Origin: Priapulus caudatus
Taxonomy: Eukaryota
Direction of reading: 5' to 3'
Length of the DNA: 64,000 bases
Assembly (NCBI RefSeq): GCF_000485595.1
Contig: NW_014577085.1
Coordinates: 147,138-211,137, forward strand
In this document: one piece after another, positions 1-13,712 of the stretch
How the letters are laid out: each line of letters starts with the position of its first letter
How positions within the stretch are numbered: position 1 is the first letter of the stretch
The notes under the pieces: model-generated
Told to the model about the DNA's origin: nothing
What the model saw: only the letters and a program-made list of their open reading frames with translations
The model's database searches: none
Position numbers and translations under genes: made by a program

Positions 1-2570
1 ATACATATACTACTGCGTTGCACACAGAGCACTCGGTCGTTATAGCGAATATTCAGCGCGACCACAAGCCGAACTGGAACCAGCAAAAACGACAGCTGCG
101 CGAACGCGTGATTGAATGCGTGCGTGTGCGTGTGCGGTAGCTTCTACTTTTAAATCTCATTCCCTTATTCACGTGTAAACGCTGCTCTCGGCGGAGTTAT
201 GCTATCGACGGGAGCGCATGTCCTTTCAGACGCTGTGCATCCCATCGGCTAAGTTTCTGCGCAGTCGAAAACTTCCACCGAGTAAGTCAACAAGAACGGC
301 ACAATGCGTGCACGGCAGATGGCCCGCAGCCGAGATCAGAAAACTCGAGGGCTTAACTCACGCCAGGTAGAAGTAACCAGTCCAAGTCACCAGCGATCCT
401 TTCTTTTGCTAATCTGGCTATCTCTGATCATCAAAAATGCACGACTAGAACCTCTGGCCACGTTAATCTGGTCAGACGATATGCAAAAGCAGTCAGCGTA
501 CAGAACGCGAAATGTTCCAAGAAAGGTGGTGGGAGGGACGCGACAAGAGATAAAAGCTAAGGTAACTGTCCCCACGGGGAGCCATGTAAATGGACAGTCA
601 TTAGTGGACATCCACGGTCCAGCGGGCGGATTACACCGTACACAAATGCGCACGCCGGCCGGTAACTTTATGGCCGCAGGTTTGCTTGACCACTGCCCAG
701 TTATATTAATAGCACAGGCCATTTGCCCACTTTCGCTACAATTGCAGGGACGACGGTGTCAAATGCAGGTGCGGCGAATGGGTTATAACACGTGTAAATA
801 ACTGCCGAGATTGAACAGTTTGATTACGGCCACTGTTCTCACTGCCTCGCAAATGGAATGCGGTTTACACTAAAACTCCTACTGCCAACTTCTTTCACTG
901 CCAGAGAATTCAGTTCAGCTCCTAATGTGGCCCACATTTTAGGGATATGTTTAACACAGACTTCAGTAAGCAACTACGGATTAGGTATGCGCCTAATCCG
1001 AACCTCCTCAAAAGCTCTGCATGTACGCTCATTATGATATTAACTAAGTAATTTGCACCTGTGGTACCCACGTAGTTCTCAGACTAATTTGCAACCAAAT
1101 GTCCAAAGCTAGGCTAGTAACACGGCCCTTCAGTCCTATACGCAACAGCGCTAGTCACTAACTAAGAAGCGAATGCCTTCATTACTCTGTTCATTAGTTT
1201 AATTACGCTACACAACATACATTTTTTATCCACAAGTCGGTAAAAAATCGGCGTAGCATGCCTAATGACTCATTTCATTGTCCGCAGATAGCTTGCGAAG
1301 GGAGAGAGCTATTTGTTGAACGAGTGAACTGGCAACCGGGGTGATGAACCGTCTCCATTCTTTATTATCGGTACTGAATTGTTGCACCAACGTTTAAACA
1401 TCACGATTTTTTCGCAAATTGATAAAGGATCCCTCATTTAATGCGGAGGTGAATCTGAATTCTTCGGCTTTATGCGTGTTTAGAATGAGCATCCAATTAT
1501 TTATTCACACTCCGTGCCTTTCGGTTAATGATCTTCAAGCGCTGAATACATAACAAAGCGCGTGCATTGTGCCCTCCAATCTAACACACAACAATTCAAA
1601 AAATTAAGCGACATCGCTTCTCCGCATGCACATGCATTTCTTCGATTCAGATTTCCTCGGGCTCTAGCAGAAGCGCACAAACTTGAAGAGGAGACGGCGA
1701 AAAGATGTTATCAGCCCGCATGCCTGCTGCAGCACACAGGCCCTTATCTCCAGCTACACACCTGAGTATTCAATGCGCACTGCGACATTGGTGTGCAACG
1801 GCACAGCACAAACGAAACGTAGGTGTGGTGCAGTACACATGCTAAGCAGCACAAGAACAACGCTGCGACACACCGAGTGCATGTCCGACACGGAGCAAAC
1901 ATATAGCACGGGGAGGTGTACGTAGCAACACAAACAGTGTGCAACACACACAGTGCTCTGTTTATTGGTCGTCATAGCCATGTAACAGCATGATGCAATG
2001 ATGGCAGGTTTCATAAAATACGGTTAGTCAATCCGGGGAGTCATCGCTGAGTCACGCGACAGCGAACATCGAACAGACGGCAAAGGGGATTCGCAACTAC
2101 GTGCAGGTAATGAGGCAGCTCCGTAATCAACGCTCGCCGATGTCACCGGCGTACCTGCGTGCGCGTCGCCTGTTTACCCCGTATGCTTACTACCTGCGAG
2201 CGGTGTACCGTGCGCTTATTTAGCGCTAACAAACCGCTCGATCGTCACGCGCAACCTGCGGAATTACGCATGCGCGCAGATGACAACCTACTCTTTCAAT
2301 ATTGTGAGAGAATGCCAACGGTTATTAAAATCACTCTATTCAAAACGCGAGGGCGTACTGTCGATGTAATCGCAAAATGCAAGAATTAAAAAAAAAACTT
2401 GGGAAGGTCTGGGAGCAGGTGAGTACTACAGGTGAGGTGACCGGCAAACTAATACAATCTGCACATCATGAGTAAGGTAATGTCTTGGTAATATGCTTCC
2501 CACCACCATCTGCACACCGATTCGCGCACCCATTGTCTCCCCTGCTCCGACGTGGAAACCAGCACGAACG

Positions 2571-2584
2571 GTTACCATGGCAAC
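2571..2584. promoter_or_regulatory. RFX X-box consensus match
   Basis: GTTACCATGGCAAC. Motif match only. Confidence 0.35.
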
Positions 2585-5500
2585 GCGACAGCAAACGCAC
2601 TACACCTCTCCGAGCCCCGAATGATTTTCCTTTCGTTCTTTCTCGTTGAATACGCGAGCGGATTCGCGATATTCCGTACCTCATCTAATGACGTGCGAGC
2701 AGCAAGGTTCAGCAGCAGAGCACAATCTGAGGCCATGCGCCGCGCCCCACGTTTCACATCGATCTCTACGCTCTACACCACCCCTAAACAGCACCCGACA
2801 ATGACGCCTGTCCACATGACAATACATATAAATGCGCGCATATCTCTCAGTTATCGGTGTGATACACCCCGATGCCACGCATCTGCACGCACCGCCGAGT
2901 GTGATCACAGATTATCCTGGGAACTTTATACCGATATTACCAGATTTAGTAATTTAGTTTGGAGATAGTTTGTTAGAAAAATTGTATTCAGGTCTCTGAG
3001 TGCATCCGTGAAGCGTAAGAGAACTTTACATCGCATATAGGTAAAGCCAGTCAATAATAAAATAAAGGCAAACTTTACAATTTTCGATAGCACATATATA
3101 TATATAAAGCATTTAACACATAAATAAAATAAACAGTTAGACTGTCTATCCTCCAATCCCACAGACTACGTTTGAATTATTTAGCATCCGCACATGTAAA
3201 CCAACAAAGCATATTTATGCACGAACAAAATGTTTACGTATCGGTTAAATCTGCGACGCGCACTCTGCTGTGCAAGACGCACACGCATTAGCAACGCGTG
3301 ATAACAATGTTACACTCAGTCGTTGTATGCACAGAGGAACGTCTGTCACGCACTCGACGCTTCAACAACGGACTGATACTCGCACACAGCATGTACAGAT
3401 CTGTACAAAATAGCTGACTAAACAGATTCACGTTGACAAGTACTGCCGACGATCATTACGGGTGATTACGGGGGTGGCCCTGCTACGAACATGATCATAA
3501 GAGCCTTATTATTCGCAGTACTTCCGATGACATCGTTCAATACGACTTAAAAAAGACGACGAATCAGAACATCGGCGAGCGCTACGCATGCGCACAATCC
3601 CACGCGAAATTTTTCTCGCGTGAGTCACTCCGTGGGTGAGCAGGGGAGGCGGGGGACTCGTTACAGGTGAGCTGCGGCTTTAATTCCACATCCTCGAGCT
3701 TACACGTACTCTGTATCCACGCACCTGTAAAACAGAGCGGACCGGGCCGCGGTTATAATGCTCATGACATCGCCCGCAAAATTATATTGCTGCGCGTATA
3801 CACACGCAGCAACTGTCACGAGCGCGATTCCCCTCGCCACGAACCGGTTTCTAATTTCTAACGTGCTATCATTAAACGCACTCTCGGAAAGACGTAATTA
3901 ACTCGCTTCCTCGTTAAAAAACCCCTCACCCCTTTTAAAATTTAAAGAGAGATGAGGATTTGCGAGAAACCAGACCGCAATAATTATCACGTTGTTGCGT
4001 GCGCACGCTATGCAACAGACACAGATTTTAACAATTTGCCAATCGCTACATTTAGAAGCTCATTAGACAGATACACAAAAGAAAGAACCGCAATGGATTA
4101 AACTTTCTTTCGAATTAAATCCGGATAATCAAGACACCCGGGGCCCCTCCCTGTAAAGAAGGATATGTGCCGTTGCTCCTTCGAGTGATTACGTGCGACA
4201 GAACGTCTTACGTATTTAGATTTCAGCTATCGGATTGTCACGTCTAGTATAGGTGCTGCGCGCCCCCGCGCCGTACCCCCCCCCCCCCTCCCCCGACCAG
4301 TCTTCAGCCACGCCCCCCCCCCCCCCCCCCCCCCCCCCCCACCCCCCCCCCCCCCCCACTCCCCCCCCCCCCCCCCACGCACACGTATTCACGCACGCAC
4401 GCACACACAGACACACGCACGCACACACACACCGTATGAGACGGTGATGCTTACATTCTAGCCTCACGAAGGCGTTCACTCACCTGCAATACTGATTTTC
4501 TTAGTTATGTGGCCTCGAGCCTGAATACTCGCCCGTGGCGGCATAGTTATGGTAGTTGGCAGCTTGATTAGAGGATGGTTCTTGCCAAGTGTCTCTCAAA
4601 TCTACACGGGTCTGTATAATTACATGGCGCAGGCATCAAGGTGGACAACCACGAATTACATAGATGCGCATGCGGCTAAGATTTGCAGTCCATTTTATAG
4701 CCCGTCAGTACCTAAGTTAGTAACTAAGACGCCAAACAACCAAGACCTCTTAAGATACATATCAGTCATGACGTACAGCGATAGGAATGGCGCGACATAG
4801 AAAATCTCCCGTGTAAAAGGAAGCATTAGTAAGTAACATCCTGATTCATATCGCTTTTTCATACTTTTGCGTTTACATCACTGAGTAACCTACAATCACA
4901 AGTAACATGATATGGTCAATTATTGTGTTGTTATGTACTGAACCAACCCTATGACGACTAGTAGCGACCAAACACGTGGGAAGCATATTGTAAATGATGT
5001 AATAACATTCAGTGTCTGATGTGACAACAACATCAATCATAATAAAAATACCCAACGTACATGTTGTCGAATTTCAACTGAACCGATGTACTTCTGAAAC
5101 TGGAATCGCTAAACAATAACGATGACTAACCTACTGAAGCATAATAAATATATACAATAGTGCAGTCTGGTCCTCGCTCAAAAGTAGGGCGTTCAGTTAG
5201 TAAAACTAATAACATCTTAAAATAAAGTATAAACACACATGAAACTTTCAACTTTATAAACGAGGACGTATTTAGGTAATGCGAGCACATGGGTATAAAT
5301 TATAATCCGTTTTAATGATTACTGCATATAAAGAAACGTTACAAATATAACACACTAGATGGCCTAAATTGACTCCTGTAAGTGCTCACTACTTTATAAT
5401 AGTAGCTATCTCGTAAACCTATATATGTAGCACGTCCGAGTTCGTAGTCTTCAGACTGCTATCTCTGCTATTCGTAACACACTTATATTACCAGTACACA

Positions 5501-5921
5501 CAAGTATGCTACAGACTCTAAATGTACCGGCACCCGTCTAAATACGCATGACGTATACCTATTTTTAATCTCTTTCTTTGTCAGACTTTCGCAACACCAA
5601 TCCTTTCTCGGCCCACTCGAGAATATAGCATTAAATATTTGAGGAACTCACGAGAGAAAACAGCCCACGGACATTTTTTATTTTCAGCCATCCTTATAAA
5701 CTATTTCTAACAGGTGAAGTGTTGCCACTGGCTATAATTGGATAGGCTAAAAGGCAAGCGTGCCCGTGCATGATGTAGGCACATTGCAGCAGTTTGCACA
5801 GCTCTCCTCGGTAATCACTGAGCCTTCCCACTTCTAACAACTTCAGCACACACAGTGCTCACAAGTCTAACGTAGACACCTACAGGTACACCTAATGTAC
5901 GCCTTCTATAGTACATATAAT

Positions 5922-5990
5922 CAAGAGCTAATAAATACCTATTGTATTTATTTATTTTGTTTTTATAGTATTGGTATTTATTAGCTATTG
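5922..5990. mobile_element. 69-bp member of the palindrome class: 18-bp arms plus AT-rich filler
   Basis: CAAGAGCTAATAAATACC ... GGTATTTATTAGCTATTG (one mismatch) around a 33-bp spacer. The flanks are ATATAAT / ATATATAAT. Confidence 0.65.
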
Positions 5991-6102
5991 ATATATAATA
6001 TATAAACACGCGCATACATTGTCATATGTATATATATGTAACCAGTCATAATCTTAGATGGCATTTTCGGGACACATAAAAATTTGAATTATACATATAT
6101 AT

Positions 6103-6139
6103 CAGGAGCTAATAATGACAAATTTGTCATTATTAGCTC

Positions 6140-6142
<3 letters not shown>
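6103..6142. mobile_element. 40-bp perfect palindrome, variant subfamily, in (AT)n
   Basis: CAGGAGCTAATAATGACAAATTTGTCATTATTAGCTCCTG. TSD length is ambiguous because the flanks are AT repeats. Confidence 0.8.
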
Positions 6143-6197
<55 letters not shown>

Positions 6198-7122
6198 GAA
6201 TACCTACCAGGGTGCACTATAAAATTACTAAACATAACCACAACACGTCGCCATTGCCATACGGCACTAAAACCACCGACACCAAGTGGTAAAACATATT
6301 TTATAACATAATTTGAGGTAAGAATCTTGTAAGCAAAGGAACGAGTTCAACCTACTGTACAATTGTATGGGCGTGATTTGGACACGAGCAACGAGGTGAA
6401 TGGCACAAACTCTGGCCAAGCAGAAAAATTGGCCAGCCCACGAAACTACAGACCACAATGGCCCGCCATTTTAGCAACACAGGCAGCTACATGCACGTCA
6501 CATCATATAATTCTCAACATATCAACAAGCAATACAGGGAGAAATACGTGCATATATCAATGTGCACGAGTCGTTTTACATTTTTTTTACCAAATATTTA
6601 TTCCATATTTATAATACGATCATCGGCACACAAATGTATTTGTGGGGTGTAAGAATTTAGTTTTGAAGTAATCAATATGGCATAAAATCGCAAGGTTTGG
6701 ATCTATTGGACCAAATTGCAGTGTAGTCACAGTAAAGAGTTATATTGTCGGGTGCATCTGGAGCAGTATGACCACGTGTACGCCCATCTTTATAGCTGAG
6801 GTTATATTGCAAGATATAGTAACCGGACCTGGCCCTGGACCTAATGTTTTGCTAAATATCTGTTCACGAAACACCAAAGTGTTAGGTTCCATATACTATA
6901 CCTTCTCCATACGATCCCAATTAAAAAATAACAAAATAAACTGTTTATAATTTAAGCTGCTTGACAATCTATTACTTGCACATAATTGTATTCACTACAG
7001 TCGAGTTGTAATAAAATATGTCTGCTAGCTGCGATACAATATGTGCGACTCACCCAGACAGACAACAAACATAAACATGCATCCACCTGCACGCATTTAA
7101 TCAAATACAGGTATAAACTGAG

Positions 7123-7136
7123 GTTGCTATGGCAAC
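7123..7136. promoter_or_regulatory. RFX X-box consensus match
   Basis: GTTGCTATGGCAAC. Motif match only. Confidence 0.35.
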
Positions 7137-7942
7137 CGCACCACGACCAGCCAGACTGAAGCATCTTCTTGCTCTCACAGAGAGGTTAAATGCGGCGGGG
7201 AGGGGGTGAGGTAAAACGCCATCATAAATGTACTTTACAGCCCCCCAATATGCATTTACGGGGTGTAAAATTAGATGGTGCGGGCACAGAGAGGCATAAA
7301 ATAGCCTAGCCTGTTTTCAACTGCGACCTTTCAGGCAGATAAAACTTGTTTGAAAATGGGAAACACCCAAGGTGTAATATACATCATATGTTTACGCAAA
7401 ACTAAAATATTTTAAATTAGGAATCTCAATTACAATCACACGGCAAACAAGTAATCGAACCAATAATGTGGATACAAGGTGAGGGACGTAAAATATATGT
7501 ACTACTAACGAGTAATCCCAAATATTACATGTATGCGATAAGAAACAGAGAGGGGACAGGCATTGTTATACACAGTACAGAGTTACCAAGCATGCACGCG
7601 TCAAAAAGCTGTGTTTTGCCAGTCAATAAGTGATCAAAAGAGTGCATTGTTCGTTATCTCTCGGATCAAAGCAGTTTTGATATACACGCGCTTCTTATCC
7701 CTAGATACACGATTCAGATTCAAACACAATGCACACGCACGCAAATGTACACATCAGCGTACGGCAGCCTGGTCAGCCGCGTTTGACTTGGCAACTAACA
7801 CCCGGCCGCGATTTTAGATCAAATCCCTTCAATGAGCCGACTTTACCCGAGCTTATTAACACCAGGCGTGAGATTCTAGAGGAAAATCTATAAGTGACTG
7901 ACTATCACTGGTACAGAACCTGCGCGGAAGCACAGGTGTTAA

Positions 7943-8102
7943 AGGCTCACAATGCGCATCCAAACGCTAATTTCTCCAGTACTAGACTAGCAAATACTTC
8001 GTGTCATGCATAATCACACTACCTTGACTACACTATCATGACACGAAGTATTTGCTAGTCTAGTACTGGAGAAATTAGCGTTTGGATGCGCATTGTGAGC
8101 CT
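7943..8102. mobile_element. 160-bp foldback MITE in a TTAA site (Kolobok-like termini)
   Basis: Perfect 66-bp inverted arms (7943-8008 / 8037-8102) surround a 28-bp spacer. TTAA flanks both sides and the termini are AGG...CCT. Confidence 0.85.
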
Positions 8103-10254
8103 TTAAAAGACGGCTTACGCCTCCACAGTGTCTACGAAAATGGCAGGTCACAGCAAGCGCGTGTCTGTACGCGCTCGAAACACGAGTATTTGGTGGTGAT
8201 ACACGCGCGTAACCCGAGCCACATGTAGATCAGAGTAAACATTCTGTGACGTGGGTCATTTAGGGCTCAGGGGGCACTAACTGTAAACCGTAAGAGCCAG
8301 TCTACAGCCTCCCTATTGAGCTCTAACGGATAAACTAACAGTGGATGCAACCAGAACCCTCCAAACTAAATCCACTGATAAACCACTAACGAGACTGACC
8401 ACAGATGGACACGCCAAACACATTGGTCCACTTACTTGGCTACGCAACCACCCTGGCTAAGGATTCCCCTGGGAGACTGCAAGATACATCTACCGACTCA
8501 ACAAATAGACAATCGCATACATTCTACTCCTGATTCTATCAAATACGTATGGTTGAAGCGCGGGGTGGCCACCACGCCACCCGACAAGCGGGCCATCGCT
8601 TCCTAGTTCCCAACATCTGGTAGCCGACGTCTCGGGTTGCGATTCGGATGCATCGTAAAATGGCGGAGGAAAGTAAAATTTCGAGGACATACTTGTGAGT
8701 GTTCCGACCCTGATTTATGTACTTGTAAACCGTGCCGACCGCACGTTTATTGCACACTCACGATCGCGGCGCATCGTGCTTTTTACACTATATATATATA
8801 TATATACAGATTTATTTATTTATATTTACTTATTTATCATCAAAGCGTCGGTTGCGTAACAATGTCAGCATCATGGGGAGAATGCGGGTGGGTTAAGATC
8901 GGCGCATGCACCCGCCGTGAGACGCGCGGCCGCTGACAGCGTCTCCGCATGATGGGTTAACGATCGCAGAGAAATTTAAATCCCAACAATCAGCCACAGT
9001 GTTCGAAAGCCGGCTAAACATCAACCGACATCCTCCGCTGGCGTCTTAAAGGTGATAAAAACTTGCGCTTCTGCCGAGCGCCTTCAGGCTGGGGTGGGGG
9101 CACTCGTCTCGAAACTGGATAAGGGGTGCCTCAAGGACCTTGAAAACCTGACCCTATCGCAAACCGCCCTAAAATACACCCTGTCCCAATATAATGCACT
9201 AAAAAGTATACCCTGTTGCAATATTGCACATTTCGGTTATGTCCTGTCCTGTCAATATAGGCAGATATTGGTCCAATATCGGCCTGGTGATATTGGCCAA
9301 ATATTGGTCCTCCCCCCTCCGAGACGCCACTAGGGTCTCGGTGCAGAAGTATCTATAAGTATAAGCAAGAGTCGGCAAGTCCGCCAATCAAAATGGCAAG
9401 ATCACGTTTCCAGCGAATTCATGGTAATCACTGAGGTATGACTCGTGAGGGGTACATGCTATTCTCGACATACATACATACATAAAAACATGTTTAAATA
9501 CCAGGTGCCTGCCTGCTGGCACAGGAGGAATTTCACTACCTATTTTCTTCTACGCACGTGCATAAAGTTGTGCTAAGTACAGCATGCTTTCTATAACATG
9601 GATTATATTCTCACTTTTACTCGCCTTCCCTTATCACCTTTACAGACAACAGTGGTGAAGGTGCCTATACAAAACAATAGCACTGGTAGACGAACCAGTC
9701 CTGGCGGAATCTGAACAAGCCTTGAAACAAATAAGTTACACACATCTCCCGGAACAAGAAGAAATTGCTAAGCAAATGCGGTCCCCTGCGTTGCACAGAC
9801 AGGTTGCTGTTAGAGACAAACGGATACCCGACTTTTGCAGACATGTAGGAATCAAGTCAGATTCTATGTGCTACCATGAACACAGGATCGAGTGGACGAA
9901 AACATGTTTGTTTTTTTATGCACTACTGATAAAACAATAAAGACACAGTTATAGATTGCACAATGATATCTTGAGTATATTTAATCATACGGTGAATTGA
10001 ACAAATCTTTGGCTGAAAATTTTATTCAGCCAAGCTTAAATATGGGAATCTGTATCAGATAATACTTAGTTAGTAGCATGACTGTGGTGTTATTCATAAA
10101 CATAACTTAGATTATGTTAGACTAACTATGAAAGTATATACAACAAGTCAGATATAGCAGCCATAACCATGGCATGATATAATATTAATATTAATAAGCA
10201 CTACATAAAACTCAAGAGGCTATAATAATTAGCTGGCGATAATAATTGGCTTAC

Positions 10255-10306
10255 CTGTTGATAGAAGCGTGGTCAGTATCGTGCCAAGCACCAATGTCTT
10301 ATTCAT
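10255..10306 (-). CDS. Candidate first coding exon (signal-peptide-like) of an unidentified secreted or membrane protein
   Basis: GCCATG start, MNKTLVLGTILTTLLST and a strong phase-1 donor CAG|GTAAG. No downstream exon was confidently found. Confidence 0.35.
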
Positions 10307-11011
10307 GGCTCTAGTCTTGTGTACAGCGATACCGAGTAGAAGGAAGTCGTTGGCAGAGGGTCTGCCTCCCGTTTTTCTTCACTAACGCAGCGCACGTTGG
10401 TATACAGAGATGTTACTCATTCGCAAGTGTAAATCACACGACAGATTATCAGCTGTTCAAAAGTCGTTCGTTCAACTGTTCTAAACTAGTCGTAGATTTT
10501 GGCTGCGTGGACTACTCTTGATCGACGATCACGAACAGCTGTAGATGAACACAAGCTACACCTAAATTTAGAGTCCGAGAAAAACGAGGCACACGGAACG
10601 CACGAACGCTACGCTGCCAATAACGAACAATGCTACACTACACACCTCGCGTAGCTAGCTAGTTCAACTTGGCGCTCGCTTGGTTCGCCACCTAACGCAC
10701 TCCTGTCTCCTGCGCAAGAAATGTAGTTCCTCGAATATAGTCATTCTTTGCGCCATTTTTATTGCTAATTTGAGCTAATTAACGGAAACAGCTGAAATAC
10801 CGAATAAAATTGTTGTGAATGCTACTTTAACAATCTTATTAGTATCAATAATGCGTACGGTGTATTAATGTGCATTAAATGCATTTGCACCTGGCGTACT
10901 TATACACAGGTAATATTGGAAATAGTACCGATTCATCGGGTCATGCCATTTCAAATAAGGGGTAGTGGTGCCAGGTCGCATACGAATGTAAAAACTTGAA
11001 TCGGCCAAAGC

Positions 11012-11017
11012 GTGTGC

Positions 11018-11076
<59 letters not shown>

Positions 11077-11155
11077 TGCGTGCGTGGTGTAGTGTGTCCG
11101 CTGTGTGTGCGCGCGCGCTGTATTGTTTTGTTTTGTTTGTTTCGTGTTGTGTGTG

Positions 11156-11188
<33 letters not shown>

Positions 11189-11280
11189 GTGTGTGTGTGT
11201 TTCTTTGTTTGTCTTGTGTGCCGTGCGTGCGTGCGCGTGTGTGTGTGTTGTGTATCTGTGCGTGCGTGCGTGCGTGCGAA

Positions 11281-11312
<32 letters not shown>

Positions 11313-11514
11313 GTGTGTGTGTTTGTGTGTGTGTGTGTGGTGCGTGCGTGCGTTCCGAGGTGCGTGCGTGCGTGCGTGCGGTGTGTAGTGTGTGTGTGTG
11401 TGTGTGTGTGTTGTGTGTGCGTTTCTTAGTTTCGTTGTGTGCGTGCGTGCGCGCGTGCTGTGTCTTTGTTTGTGTGTGTGTGCGTGCGTGCGTGCGTGCG
11501 AGCTGCGTGCGTGC

Positions 11515-11549
<35 letters not shown>

Positions 11550-12080
11550 GTGTTGTGTGTTGTGTTTGTGTGTGTGTGGTGTGTTGTGTTTGTGTGTGTT
11601 TGTGTGTGTGTGTGTGTGGCGCGCGTGTGTCTGTGTGTGTGTGTGTGTGTGTTTCTTTGTTTGTTTGTGTGCCGTGCGTGGCGTGCCGCTGGTGTGTTGT
11701 GTGTGACTGTGTGCGCACGCGCGTGTCGTTGTTTGTGGTGTGTGTTTGTGTGTGTGGTGTGTGTGGTGTGTGTGTGTGCTGTGTGTGTGTGTGTGTGGTG
11801 TGGTGCGTGCGTAGCGTGCGGCGTGCGTCGCGGTGTGCGTTTGTGTGTTGTGTGTGTGTGTGTGTGTTTGTGTTTGTGTGTTGTGTACTCGCTCCCTAGT
11901 TGGTGGTCCGCCTCAGCCGTCTCCACTCAATCTCCCTCCACTGACGCGCACGCGCTCCCTGTGTGTGTGTGTATGTGTGCTGTGATGTGCGTGCGTGCAG
12001 TCGCTGTGCCGTGCGTGCGTGCGCGCGGCGCGCCGTGTGTGTGTGTGTGTGTGTGTGTGTTTGTGTTTGTGTTTGTGTGT
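11012..12080. repeat. Long degenerate (GT)n/(GTGC)n microsatellite tract
   Basis: Direct inspection. Confidence 0.95.
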
Positions 12081-12443
12081 CGTACGCGCGTCTCTGTGTA
12101 TATTGCATAAGAAACGCCACGAAAAATTTGAATTCGTTTCTAATCTCATTATTGTACATGAGAACCAAAAATAATCTTAAATTGAACTCATTCTTATCCT
12201 ACCGTCAATTATTTAAAGTACTCGTACAATAATTGAAATTCATGTTGGGACATAATGAAATTTTGGGTCGCAATGTGCTGGTGGAAGCTTTAAGTCTTTC
12301 TTAAAAATGCACGTATATACTTTTAAGGAATGACAAGAGGAATTAAGTGTATGGTTGCGTAGGTGGGGGTGGGGCGCGTGCGTTCGTGTACCCATGCACG
12401 TGCATGTTTGTGTTCCCCGTGACATTTTTGGAATAGATAGTAT

Positions 12444-12483
12444 CAGGAGTTAATAAAGACAAATTTGTCTTTATTAACTCCTG
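12444..12483. mobile_element. 40-bp perfect palindrome with 7-bp TSD (P-superfamily-like footprint or mini-element)
   Basis: CAGGAGTTAATAAAGACAAATTTGTCTTTATTAACTCCTG flanked by ATAGTAT on both sides. Confidence 0.85.
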
Positions 12484-12514
12484 ATAGTATATACGTACGC
12501 TTGTAGCGTTAGTT

Positions 12515-13712
12515 ATCACTCACTCACTCACTCGGGCGGCCTCAGCCGAACCCGAACACAGCGTCTCCACAACCCCTGATTGCGCATTAGGCCCGCCAGC
12601 TCGCTGGTCGTCTCCACACCAGTGTCCCTCTTCATGATATCTATGTATGTTCTCCCTGGCTGTCCCCGCCCTTTGCGTCCATGGAAAGGCTCCCATGCAG
12701 AGAACAGTTCTATGGGCATGCAGGGAGTTCCGGGTGCCTGTAGCAGTGGGCTGCCAGCTGCATTCTCCTCATTGAGATTTTGTCACCGACCCGTGGCAGT
12801 CCACCATATAAGACGACGTTGGTTACATGGCCAGGAGATGCCTAGGACTGCTCTCAGCATTCGGGTGCAGCATCCATTCAAGGAACTTTCAAGTGCACGT
12901 GCTAATTGGACCATGCCTCGCATCCGTAGAAGAGGACAGACTCTACTGTGGCCAGGAAGAACGAGATTTTCATATCGCGGAATATGTTTGATCTCCAGAT
13001 CTTCTTCATGCCATTGAGGGCCTTCCATGCCTTCGCCTTCCTGGTTTTGATGTCGTTGATTCCCGTAGAGTTGACCCATGAACCCAGATATTTAAGGTCC
13101 TTGACTTCCTCCGGCTTCTTCCGGACCCCGGTGTTTAAACTCAGCCCCACTGCTTTGCACTCATCTTCCACACGGGCTAGTAGTTCCTGCGCCTGTTGTA
13201 CCTGGTCAGACATCAGCGCAATGTCATCCGCAAAGTCCAGGTCCGTCTGTACCACTTTTGAGTAACGGCGCGACCTTCTCGGAGTGATGGTAAACCAGAG
13301 CTCAGCCTCACGCCCACTGATTGCCCTGCGCAGCGCAAAGTCAAGAACGATGGCGAACAAGAATGGAGCCAATGTGTCGCTCTGCAACACGCCAGTTGTG
13401 AATTGATGTCAAACTGATTCGCCGTCCGGTGTTACTACTTTAGCACGAGTGTTGGCATACATCGACTCAATAGCACAGAGTAGATTGGGAGCCACTCCGT
13501 AGGCCTTCGGGATTCTGATCATCCGCCCTGTGTAGATTTATTCGAATGCCTTCTTGAAATCGATGAATGTGAATACAGATGACAGGTTACGTTGTTTCAC
13601 CTCCTCATATACGGTACGTACATCTCAGCGCAAGGATTTGGGCGATGGTGGTGCGGCCTGTTCTGAACCCGTTCTGATTATCTCTTAAATGTGGACCAAT
13701 GGCGTTTCTTAG
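12515..13712 (-). mobile_element. 5'-truncated non-LTR retrotransposon (RTE-clade-like LINE) with a frameshifted reverse transcriptase C-terminal half
   Basis: Minus-strand translation gives RT motifs: RLRNAIGPHLRDNQNGFR, LQSDTLAPFLF, DLDFADDIAL, LKYLGS, YGCEAW, TRMLRAVLGISW and RGQPGRTYIDIMKRD. The ORF ends directly in a (TGAG)n tail at 12516-12533. A candidate 9-bp TSD GCGTTAGTT lies at 12506-12514 and 13713-13721. Confidence 0.93.

Noticed and set aside
304..801. 165-aa ORF and overlapping antisense ORF
   Set aside because: There is no recognisable domain or codon pattern; it is probably decayed repeat sequence.
8245..8640. Possible LTR ending ...CCCAACA followed by a PBS-like TCTGGTAGCCGAC
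   Set aside because: There is no second LTR, no TSD, only a partial match to a tRNA 3' end and no gag ORF.
10213..10228. Single CAAGAGGCTATAAT matching the palindrome-family terminus
   Set aside because: No inverted partner or TSD was found nearby.
10951..12232. Many long Cys/Val- or His/Thr-rich ORFs (also at 29.3-29.7, 40.8-41.5 and 58-60.4 kb)
   Set aside because: They are translations of (GT)n/(GTGC)n microsatellites that lack stop codons.
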